47,265 nucleotides of DNA, taken from positions 1-47,265 of the IMG/VR virus record IMGVR_UViG_3300011443_000007; one strand, given 5' to 3'. This document shows positions 26,121 through 33,337 of the stretch, one piece after another; within the stretch, counting starts at the first letter, position 1, and each line of letters begins with the position of its first letter. A program made the translations under genes and the position numbers. The notes under the pieces were generated by a model that was not told the origin of the DNA, did no database searches, and saw only the letters and a program-made list of their open reading frames with translations. The DNA is from a virus. Lineage: Duplodnaviria > Caudoviricetes.

Positions 26121-26632
26121 CACTTCGCCCCAGGACCGTTCGTCGTGACTGATGCCCATCCCCTTTGCCGCAGCTCCTCGGCCAGGATGTGCTTCATCGC
26201 ACGGCTGCGATGGATGCCATGCGCGCACATCGTGGCGATGATCACAGGCTTTGCGTACGGGGTGGTGTTTCCCAACCGACGGGTCGGGATCTGGTGAATC
26301 CCGTCCTCGATGATCTGGATGAACGAGTCGATGAACTTCCTCGACCGCAGCTTCACCCAGGCGATCACCTCGCCATCATCGCCAGTGAGGGTGGCAAGCT
26401 TCGGTTCCAGGAATGGGTTGGGGATCGGCCTGCAATCGAGGTAGTAATCCGCGCGGGGCATGGGGTGGTTATTCCCAACCCTCTTCCATCCATCGTTGAT
26501 GAGCACGATCTGCGCGACGTGCTTGGGCTTGATCATCGCTTGATCCAATTGTTTCCTCCAGGCTTCGTATCCGATGTTGGCGTAAAGTGCGAGCAGGTTG
26601 TCCATCATCACCAGAGATGTTTTAGATACCAC
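26120..26632 (-). CDS. RapZ C-terminal-domain-like protein, intact motif
   Basis: LDCRPIPNP...L..LTG.D..V and IATMCAHGIHRS...LAE.L match the RapZ/YvcJ C-terminal pattern. Confidence 0.75.
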   Translation of the reverse strand: MVSKTSLVMMDNLLALYANIGYEAWRKQLDQAMIKPKHVAQIVLINDGWKRVGNNHPMPRADYYLDCRPIPNPFLEPKLATLTGDDGEVIAWVKLRSRKFIDSFIQIIEDGIHQIPTRRLGNTTPYAKPVIIATMCAHGIHRSRAMKHILAEELRQRGWASVTTNGPGAK

Positions 26633-26802
26633 ACATCCACATCACGAAGATATCGTGATACGAATTGCTCAGCGGTTACTGGGTTTTCAAATCGATGAGC
26701 GCGGTGGATAGCGCGTGTCCAATACCAAGCTTCCTCATCATCCTCTAACCACGCAATATACCGTGCCGTGTTAGCAGATGTGACAATAACCCGGTTCATC
26801 AT
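26608..26802 (-). CDS. Small hypothetical protein
   Basis: ATGA coupling. Confidence 0.45.
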   Translation of the reverse strand: MMNRVIVTSANTARYIAWLEDDEEAWYWTRAIHRAHRFENPVTAEQFVSRYLRDVDVWYLKHLW

Positions 26803-27080
26803 CGCCCCTGCTGGGAATTGTACAAGGCCGCACCGCATCCCGCACCGGCGAGGGCGATGGGGAGGATTGCCTTTCCCTTCCCCGATGGCGTCTTGAACCA
26901 CACCATCATCGCGGCGGTGTTGATGGTGAGTTTGAATCCAATCCGTCGGGATTTGGTCTGGAGAAACGGATTACCTTCCCGCAGTTGGTTAGAGCGATTG
27001 AGTGCCCGTTCGGTTGAGACGAAATCCGCGGCCTGGCATCCAATCCAAGCTGCGAGGATGATTGAGGATCCGATGCCCAT
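26799..27080 (-). CDS. Membrane protein, DUF5658-like
   Basis: AD..ST..AL....E.NP motif with hydrophobic helices. Confidence 0.55.
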   Translation of the reverse strand: MGIGSSIILAAWIGCQAADFVSTERALNRSNQLREGNPFLQTKSRRIGFKLTINTAAMMVWFKTPSGKGKAILPIALAGAGCGAALYNSQQGR

Positions 27081-27162
27081 GCCTCACGCTTCCTTTCGTA
27101 GATGGTTTGGGGTGGGTTGAACAGGTAATCGATGATCTCCTCAACCCAAGATCGTAGTGTCA

Positions 27163-27516
27163 TCAGTCAATCCCTAACAAGATCCGTTCGATGGATGTGA
27201 GGGCGGGCACGAGCCCGCCCGACTCATCCGATGATGTGAATCGACCCCCACCGATTCCCATCACCATCCGCGCTGTCTTGGCACGCTGCTCCCATCCCCA
27301 TCGAGTGGATGGGTTTGGGGTGACGATTGCTTTGAATCCAACCGGCACGGGAGCCATCGTCTTGGCGATGGTCTGGGAAAGGGAAGGGAATCCCACATCC
27401 ATCCGTCTCGCCTGGGGTTGGGCAAACCCGCGTGTATCGTCCCGTAACTGTGCTGGTAAACCGTTCTGGCAGTGAGCGCAGAATGCGATGGGTAATCCCG
27501 TGTGATAGCAGTTCAT
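27163..27516 (-). CDS. Hypothetical protein with N-terminal C-x-H...C-x2-C
   Basis: GGGAG RBS. Confidence 0.5.
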   Translation of the reverse strand: MNCYHTGLPIAFCAHCQNGLPAQLRDDTRGFAQPQARRMDVGFPSLSQTIAKTMAPVPVGFKAIVTPNPSTRWGWEQRAKTARMVMGIGGGRFTSSDESGGLVPALTSIERILLGID

Positions 27517-27629
27517 CGGATGCGCTCCCTGGGAGGTTGATAAATCTACCGTTTCATCATCATCGCCGCGATAGGTGATGAATCCATCATCCCTCGCAAG
27601 CCTGGGTGATATCTAACCGATCTGCTGAG

Positions 27630-27661
27630 AAAAAGGATGAGGGGCGGGATTGCCCCTCATC
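27630..27661 (-). terminator. Intrinsic terminator after the first leftward gene
   Basis: 10-bp stem GATGAGGGGC/GCCCCTCATC with a T5 tail on the - strand. Confidence 0.75.
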
Positions 27662-27710
27662 TGTCGGTGGCGTGGAGGGGCGACTAACTCCCTCACTAGG
27701 TCGGTTGTTT

Positions 27711-28160
27711 TTACGCCTTCTTCGCTGACGTGATCCGGTTTACCACGTCGCCGAGTGCCATCAGTTTGTCCATTTGGCTGAGCGTGCCGAACACCGCTTC
27801 CGTGCTGGACTGCTGGCCAAGCGTGAACATGGTTCGCTTTTCCTTGGCGAGCTGTTCCGCCGCTTCCAGATCCTTCGCTTTGCGCTCGTTTGCCCGCTGG
27901 TCCTTGACTGCCGCGACTGCCGCTGACTCTTCGTTCCCGACAGGTTCGCGGGTGATATACAGGCTAATCGACGCGACAACGGGTGTGTCCCCGATCTTGA
28001 TCGTGCGCTTGATCCGCTCCGAGCAGAGCACAACCCCTGCTTGCGTGAACTCGGTCGACTCGCCGGGACCGAATGACTCCAGCCACGTTCGGGGAAGCTG
28101 AACGGGACCGAGCAGGATCGACTCCTCAGCGACGGCGGGCAATTCTGTCTTTTTCGCCAT
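27711..28160 (-). CDS. First leftward early protein (unknown function, coiled-coil C-terminal half)
   Basis: Clean ORF between the control region and a terminator. Confidence 0.7.
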   Translation of the reverse strand: MAKKTELPAVAEESILLGPVQLPRTWLESFGPGESTEFTQAGVVLCSERIKRTIKIGDTPVVASISLYITREPVGNEESAAVAAVKDQRANERKAKDLEAAEQLAKEKRTMFTLGQQSSTEAVFGTLSQMDKLMALGDVVNRITSAKKA

Positions 28161-28282
28161 TGTGTGTGTGTGCCTTTCTACCGTGCGCCTTATTGCGTCT
28201 TATCGGTGTGTGTGTGGGCCCATGCCCATGCGCTCGCATACGTGCGTGTATGCTTGCGTCTGTGTGTGTGTGTGTGTGTGTG
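28161..28282. repeat. (TG)n/(CA)n microsatellite tracts
   Basis: (TG)6 at 28161-28172, (TG)5 at 28207-28216, (TG)11 at 28261-28282. Confidence 0.95.
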
Positions 28283-28349
28283 CGCTGTCGGTGTGCCGTG
28301 GTGCAGTGGAGCTAGGCGGTGGAGCTAGGGGAACCGACGGCCGGGACTA

Positions 28350-28365
28350 AGCACGGCGCATGCCA
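28350..28365 (-). promoter_or_regulatory. Sigma54 -24/-12 box 1 (TGGCATGCGCCGTGCT)
   Basis: GG-N10-GC with TGGCAY. Confidence 0.6.
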
Positions 28366-28549
28366 AGTTCCGGGACCGGGGCAGAGCAGCCCCAAACCGC
28401 CGGAAGTGTCAGCCCCAGAACAGGCCTGAGAAGGGGCCTAGCGTGCCTCAGGAGCGGCGATCGGCTATTCCGGCGGCCTGCCCCTTCATAGCTTCGCTTT
28501 TCGGGCGAAGGTATGGCTTATAACGCGCCGGTGTGTCAGACAGTCCTAC

Positions 28550-28565
28550 AGGCATAGGGTTTGCT
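28550..28565 (+). promoter_or_regulatory. Sigma54 -24/-12 box 2 (AGGCATAGGGTTTGCT)
   Basis: GG-N10-GC with TTGCT. Confidence 0.65.
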
Positions 28566-28698
28566 TACAGGCTAACCTATTGGCCGATCTTACCGCCTGG
28601 GGCGTAAGCCCTTTCCTTTCAACAGGATACAACAGGCTAAGATCTTGCCTATACCGGCCAAGATCTTGACCGGTTCATCCTAAGACACCGACACGGCA

Positions 28699-28714
28699 TG
28701 GCATGGAGTTTGCA
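28699..28714 (+). promoter_or_regulatory. Sigma54 -24/-12 box 3 (TGGCATGGAGTTTGCA)
   Basis: Near-consensus match. Confidence 0.7.
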
Positions 28715-28725
28715 AGGGGCAAACC

Positions 28726-28741
28726 TGGCACGGCGTTTGCT
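28726..28741 (+). promoter_or_regulatory. Sigma54 -24/-12 box 4 (TGGCACGGCGTTTGCT)
   Basis: Perfect TGGCACG-N4-TTGCW. Confidence 0.8.
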
Positions 28742-28757
28742 TACACCATACCGGACT

Positions 28758-28773
28758 AGCATAACCCGTGCCA
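28758..28773 (-). promoter_or_regulatory. Sigma54 -24/-12 box 5 (TGGCACGGGTTATGCT)
   Basis: Near-consensus match. Confidence 0.7.
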
Positions 28774-28810
28774 TTCGCCTTTCCTTCCCTGTGTCGATCC
28801 TGCCAAAGAG

Positions 28811-28896
28811 TGTGGTTAGATTACCACACCGATAAGTGGCTGAGCCTACAGGCTTTACACGTAATCGGCGTATGATGGTGTGGTAAACTTACCACA
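28811..28896. promoter_or_regulatory. Pair of 18-bp palindromic operators, TGTGGTWA-NN-TTACCACA
   Basis: Copies at 28811-28828 and 28879-28896. Confidence 0.7.
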
Positions 28897-28946
28897 GTGC
28901 GGGCTAGGTGACGGTTGGATCTCCCCTCTAACTGAAGCAAATCCGA

Positions 28947-28962
28947 TGGCATAGGGGTTGCT
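28947..28962 (+). promoter_or_regulatory. Sigma54 -24/-12 box 6 (TGGCATAGGGGTTGCT)
   Basis: Near-consensus; predicted +1 near 28973, then an RBS and ATG at 28988. Confidence 0.75.
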
Positions 28963-28987
28963 TATGTAATGGGTGAAGGGAGACCGT

Positions 28988-29098
28988 ATGAGCCACTACA
29001 TGTTAATCGCGTTGGGCGTCTCACTGGTGTTCAGCGTCGGGTTTGTGGTCGGAGCGGCATGGGCTGGGCTCAGAAGGGAGAATGATGATGACGTTTGA
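28988..29098 (+). CDS. 36-aa single-TM micropeptide (MSHYMLIALGVSLVFSVGFVVGAAWAGLRRENDDDV)
   Basis: GGGAG RBS directly after box 6; not in the ORF track. Confidence 0.55.
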   Translation: MSHYMLIALGVSLVFSVGFVVGAAWAGLRRENDDDV

Positions 29099-29118
29099 GA
29101 CCCTGTGGCGCAAGTGGA

Positions 29119-29134
29119 TGGCACACCGCTTGCA
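29119..29134 (+). promoter_or_regulatory. Sigma54 -24/-12 box 7 (TGGCACACCGCTTGCA)
   Basis: Near-consensus; upstream of the wHTH gene. Confidence 0.7.
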
Positions 29135-29249
29135 GTGCTGGAAGCTAGGGCGGATCAAGAGTCGGATCGTCGTCAGAGCGTGAGTGAAAGTCAGACCGGA
29201 ATCCGCGTTAGTAGATAGGCGGCAATAACGCCGCGAAAAGGGGCAGACA

Positions 29250-29663
29250 ATGAAAAAGACCACCCGCAAGACCCACACGGCCACGGCCACGTCACCCAAG
29301 GCGATCCCCGCCGCGATCGTCGCCGCTGGCCCCGTTCCAACCCCGTCACTGACAATGACGGACATGATCGCCGCACTTCACTCCCTGGGGCTGAGGATCG
29401 TTCCCGGAGCAGGGGCAGAGCAGCCCAAGCCAAACACACTTCCGATCATGTCGGGTCCGCGCGTGCTTTACTCGGTCCCGAAAAACCCCGTTCCCCCGTT
29501 CGGGGAGTCGGCACTCGCCGTGTTCGAGTGGCTCAAAGCGCATCCCCACGCCAGCCAAGGCGATCTCGAAACGGGAACGGGTATGACGGAAGGGCAGATC
29601 AAAGGGGCGATTCGTCAGCTTGCGCTCGCCGGTTATGTCGTCAAGGAACGCGCCGAGCAGTAA
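29250..29663 (+). CDS. Winged-helix DNA-binding protein with basic N-terminal tail
   Basis: VFEWLKAHP.ASQGDLETGTGMTEGQIKGAIRQLALAGYV. Confidence 0.7.
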   Translation: MKKTTRKTHTATATSPKAIPAAIVAAGPVPTPSLTMTDMIAALHSLGLRIVPGAGAEQPKPNTLPIMSGPRVLYSVPKNPVPPFGESALAVFEWLKAHPHASQGDLETGTGMTEGQIKGAIRQLALAGYVVKERAEQ

Positions 29664-30048
29664 GATCGATCATGGGGCTGGAGCACAATGCTCCAGCCCC
29701 ACCCCCCCAACCCATCACGAAAAAATCACCATAAAAACAAAAGACTCGATCGCCCTGCTCGCACTGGCCGGAATGGTGTGGATCATTCTGCTGGTGTTGA
29801 CGACAGGCTGCACGTCGATCAACCCCGTCGCACCGACTCCAGCCCCAGTTCCGATCCCCTCTCAGCCAATGGACGTTCCTGCGTTCGTCGACCCCGCCAG
29901 CCTGCCCGTTGTGGTTGTGGCTCCCAACCCGACCCCGACCCCGATCCCGCCGCATGCCGATCCCGTCGTCGTGACATGTCAGGCATTGTGCATTCCCGGT
30001 TACAGGCCAACCGCCGACGGTTGCGGGTGTGTGAAGGTGCGCAAGTGA
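29620..30048 (+). CDS. Pro-rich lipoprotein with C-terminal Cys motif (start uncertain)
   Basis: Hydrophobic signal ending LTTG-C; PVAPTPAP linker; CQALC...GCGC. Confidence 0.55.
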   Translation: MRSPVMSSRNAPSSKIDHGAGAQCSSPTPPTHHEKITIKTKDSIALLALAGMVWIILLVLTTGCTSINPVAPTPAPVPIPSQPMDVPAFVDPASLPVVVVAPNPTPTPIPPHADPVVVTCQALCIPGYRPTADGCGCVKVRK

Positions 30049-30175
30049 GCCGCCACTCGACGGCGCATAACCCGCCGATCCACTTGATGCTGATGATCAT
30101 GGAGCAAACACCGCGCCCGCCCAGGAAGCCACGTAAACCCCGCACGTAGTAAGCGACACAACCCCGCACTCACAC

Positions 30176-30215
30176 AAGGGCGATTAGGCTAACAACCTAG
30201 TCGCCCTTTCTTTTT
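30176..30215 (+). terminator. Intrinsic terminator
   Basis: AAGGGCGATTAGG/CCTAGTCGCCCTT stem followed by TCTTTTT. Confidence 0.85.
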
Positions 30216-30380
30216 GCCCGCATGCCGTCGATGCATCCGCATCCCATCTGACATGCTCCCATCCCATCCGGGGGGAGGGGGGATTAGGATGAGGATGCAT
30301 CCGCGCCTAGCCATCCGCGAAATTATTGCCCCGATTGCATGTCAACTGACACCGGGGGGTGGGGGTGTCATCGTTGTCAC

Positions 30381-30410
30381 TTGACATTCACATGCTTTGT
30401 ATGATACAAT
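30381..30410 (+). promoter_or_regulatory. Sigma70-type promoter, TTGACA-N18-TACAAT with extended TG, for the packaging operon
   Basis: Sequence match; ATG 8 nt downstream. Confidence 0.7.
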
Positions 30411-30418
30411 CCTCTCCC

Positions 30419-30784
30419 ATGTCAAGTACTTTTCTCCAGCAGGGCCCGCATCCAGGTAACGGGGCTGAGCCCTCAGACCCCGATACCTCCTTTACCCCAA
30501 TCCCCTCCTCGGGCGTCTCGCGGACCCCGACCCTTGCCCCCGCTAGTGCCTCCACCATCACCCAGCTCATCTGCGATGAGCGGGCTATAGCGTCCCTGCT
30601 GGAGAACCTTCTCTACCGGTCTGGCCTTACCTTGAACGAAGCCGCACGTAGGCTGGGCATCACTCCCTCGACGTTGAGGCAGTATACATCCGGGCGCAGG
30701 AGCAGGCCCAGCCTAATTTGGTTCGTCCGGTTTGCCTCGATGTGCGGGGCGCGGATCTCCCTTGACCTGCCGGAGAAACGGTGA
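30419..30784 (+). CDS. XRE-family HTH protein
   Basis: SGLTLNEAARRLGITPSTLRQYTSGRR.RPSL. Confidence 0.8.
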   Translation: MSSTFLQQGPHPGNGAEPSDPDTSFTPIPSSGVSRTPTLAPASASTITQLICDERAIASLLENLLYRSGLTLNEAARRLGITPSTLRQYTSGRRSRPSLIWFVRFASMCGARISLDLPEKR

Positions 30785-31110
30785 TCTACAAGCTCTGGCT
30801 GCGGATTCAGGCAGATGCGATCGGGAGCGATGGCTGTACTCATGCGCTCGAACTCGCCCGGGATTGCTGCCTTGAACATGACCTTGGCTACTACTACGGG
30901 CGAGACCCCAGGAGTGCCTATCGCCTGTTCAGGCAAAACCTAGTTCCGGCTGGGATCAGCCACTTTGACAACGCATCCCCCATCACCCGCGGGGAGGTCG
31001 ATGCCCGGTTCCGGCGCTGTAACCCGCCCCTAGTCGGGTGGTATCGGTGGATCGCAGTCCGCATCGGTGGAAGGAGAGCATGGAAGAGACATCGTTCCCA
31101 GCGCCCGTAG
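30781..31110 (+). CDS. Prokaryotic phospholipase A2-fold (DUF1353-like) protein
   Basis: DGCT, CCLEHDLGY, VDARF and AVR.GG motifs. Confidence 0.65.
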   Translation: MIYKLWLRIQADAIGSDGCTHALELARDCCLEHDLGYYYGRDPRSAYRLFRQNLVPAGISHFDNASPITRGEVDARFRRCNPPLVGWYRWIAVRIGGRRAWKRHRSQRP

Positions 31111-31556
31111 TAAAGGCCACCCTGCCGAGTGAGGATGAGGCGAACCAGTTTTGCATCATGTTGAGTGCGGGTCTGCCCCCCGAGCAGGCGATACTCTACT
31201 TCACCACCGAGGACGACGCGGGGATCATCGCGGAGATGTTGAGGAAGTGGATCAGGTCCCGGGCGGTGCAGAAAGCCCAGCGCGCCCTCCTTGGCAAAGC
31301 ATGGCAGGACATGACTCTTGATGAACGGATCGAGCATGGTCTTACACAGCATTACAATTCGCTTGCGTATCTCCTGTTCAGCCAGAACTATAGCTCTGTG
31401 GGACCAGCCGATAAAGCGAAGCTGGATTCCGCTCGGCAAGCACTTGAGGCGAAGAAAGCTGGCACGGCTGGCCAGGGAACACCGCTGGATAGATTCCTAG
31501 ACGACATGCGGAGCGGGAAGATCAAGACCATGCCCCAGCCGGTGAAGGCGCATTAG
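31080..31556 (+). CDS. Probable terminase small subunit
   Basis: AGGAG RBS; helical; directly upstream of the large subunit. Confidence 0.5.
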   Translation: MEETSFPAPVVKATLPSEDEANQFCIMLSAGLPPEQAILYFTTEDDAGIIAEMLRKWIRSRAVQKAQRALLGKAWQDMTLDERIEHGLTQHYNSLAYLLFSQNYSSVGPADKAKLDSARQALEAKKAGTAGQGTPLDRFLDDMRSGKIKTMPQPVKAH

Positions 31557-33085
31557 TGGCTGGGAAGGTATCCAACGACGATCGGGACACCATCATCAGC
31601 TCCTTCCGGGAGCGGGTGTGTGAGCAGATGGGCGTCGCCCCGTTTCTCCACCAGAGGGAAGTCTGGGCGGCATCGGATGGGCTGGAGCTGACCTATGAAG
31701 AACCAACCCCCGGGGTTGATGGACTTACTATCCGCACTGAGAGCGGAGAGATTCAGCGAATTGGATACACTCCTCGCAAGGCTGGCCGTGCGCGGTTCCT
31801 CAGCGATCTCGGAGCGTTCAAGATCGGAAAAAGCTACGGAGCCGCTCTCTGGGCATCCGGATTCGCCGCCGTCCCCGGAGCAGTCGTCAACCTAGTCGGG
31901 CTGGAATACGACATCTGCGAGCCAGAGTTTACCTACCTGTGTGAGTTCCTCCTCTCTGCCGATGGGATGAACATGTCCAAGGGCTCGACTTGGACAAACC
32001 GGGCACGCGACGGGAAGATGTTCATGGATCTCGTCACGGGGGCCAAGTTCGTCGCCCGGTCGTGGGAGCGGAAAGATACCCTGAAAGGAAAGGAAATCGA
32101 TGCCTACGTATACTGCGAGGCTTACCAGCTTCCAGGTATTGAGTGCTTTACGTCATTTAGCCAAAATCTCCGAGCTCGACGAGGATACGCATACTTCGCT
32201 ACGACTCCAGATCGACCTTGGATCAAGCTACTCCACGAGCTTGGTCATGGAGGCGATCCCGAGTGGCATTGCACCTGTAGCGTCCCCGCCGATGCCAACC
32301 CCTACACCTTCGATCAAATAAGCAAGGATCGTGACAAGAAGCTGATGACGACGGAGAAGTATCTGATCCACTACGAGGGTCAGATGGGGGATTTCATCGG
32401 GCGGGTGTTCAACTACGCGAAGGGCCAGTATGTATTCACGCCTGCGAGCCATCCTCAGTTGTTTGACGACCACGGCCAGCTTCGTGTCCCAGCTCATTGG
32501 GAGGTTGTGGGCGGGGCTGACACTGGAACCTATCACTCCGCCCTCCTTGTGGCCTTTGATCCGGATGGGAACGCCTATGTGCTCTCCGAACACCCGAACT
32601 ACCGTTACGTCGCGGGATCTCTTGAAAGAGATGAATCTCTTACTATCCCCGCATGGGGTCGTGCTATCAGTCGTACCGCACTTGGGTACGGAGGAAGGAC
32701 TACCTTCTGGGCTGATAGTAACAGTCAGTTCAAAGGAGAACTTCGGAATTACGGCGTCGTACTTCTCCCTGCGAAGGTCCCGGTTGAAACAAGAACTGAG
32801 ATCACGCGGGAATACTTCGAACACCGAAGGGTGTTCCTAGCTCCGTGGTTGGATGTGCTCCCTTTCGAACTGGAGAACGCATCCTGGCCTGAAGAGGCGA
32901 CCGCATCGGGGAAGTTCGCTAGGATCAAAGACCGCGATCACACCCTCGACTGCCTTGAGCACATCCTGGCCCGTCGGCCGTTCGGACGGACCAACCCCCA
33001 CACGCAACGGACCGGCTCCTGGGCGGCATCGATGGGGTTTAGGAAGAAACAGTTATCACACAACGTTCACATGGGGAGAATGTAG
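31556..33085 (+). CDS. terL: Terminase large subunit
   Basis: GAFKIGKS Walker A, YVYCEA Walker B variant, FATTP, nuclease motifs GADTG and DHTLD. Confidence 0.85.
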   Translation: MAGKVSNDDRDTIISSFRERVCEQMGVAPFLHQREVWAASDGLELTYEEPTPGVDGLTIRTESGEIQRIGYTPRKAGRARFLSDLGAFKIGKSYGAALWASGFAAVPGAVVNLVGLEYDICEPEFTYLCEFLLSADGMNMSKGSTWTNRARDGKMFMDLVTGAKFVARSWERKDTLKGKEIDAYVYCEAYQLPGIECFTSFSQNLRARRGYAYFATTPDRPWIKLLHELGHGGDPEWHCTCSVPADANPYTFDQISKDRDKKLMTTEKYLIHYEGQMGDFIGRVFNYAKGQYVFTPASHPQLFDDHGQLRVPAHWEVVGGADTGTYHSALLVAFDPDGNAYVLSEHPNYRYVAGSLERDESLTIPAWGRAISRTALGYGGRTTFWADSNSQFKGELRNYGVVLLPAKVPVETRTEITREYFEHRRVFLAPWLDVLPFELENASWPEEATASGKFARIKDRDHTLDCLEHILARRPFGRTNPHTQRTGSWAASMGFRKKQLSHNVHMGRM

Positions 33086-33088
33086 ACA

Positions 33089-33337
33089 ATGGCATCCTAC
33101 CAGGATCTCGAAACCAGAATGCGCGTCGTTGAAGCGAAGATTGATCTTGTGATGAAGTCGTTCCAGATCACGAAACGATACGAGCACCCGCTCGTCCCGG
33201 GGCAGGTGATCGAGGAACGGAAGTCCCTCCTCGACGTATACCACGAACTGAACCATCACGGGATCACGGTCGAGAATCCGCCCCCGATGGTTAACACCGA
33301 CCCGACTACAGAGCAGGTAACGGACAATGGCGAATAG
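33089..33337 (+). CDS. Small hypothetical protein
   Basis: Lies between terL and portal. Confidence 0.55.
   Translation: MASYQDLETRMRVVEAKIDLVMKSFQITKRYEHPLVPGQVIEERKSLLDVYHELNHHGITVENPPPMVNTDPTTEQVTDNGE

Noticed and set aside
28936-28951. Eighth sigma54 box (TGCCATCGGATTTGCT, - strand)
   Set aside because: Lacks the invariant GG at -24
28350-29134. CRISPR array
   Set aside because: Repeats are short, degenerate, irregularly spaced and in both orientations; the Cas4-like nuclease sits in a recombination context
30419-30784. Lysogeny module
   Set aside because: No integrase, partition genes or divergent repressor pair seen
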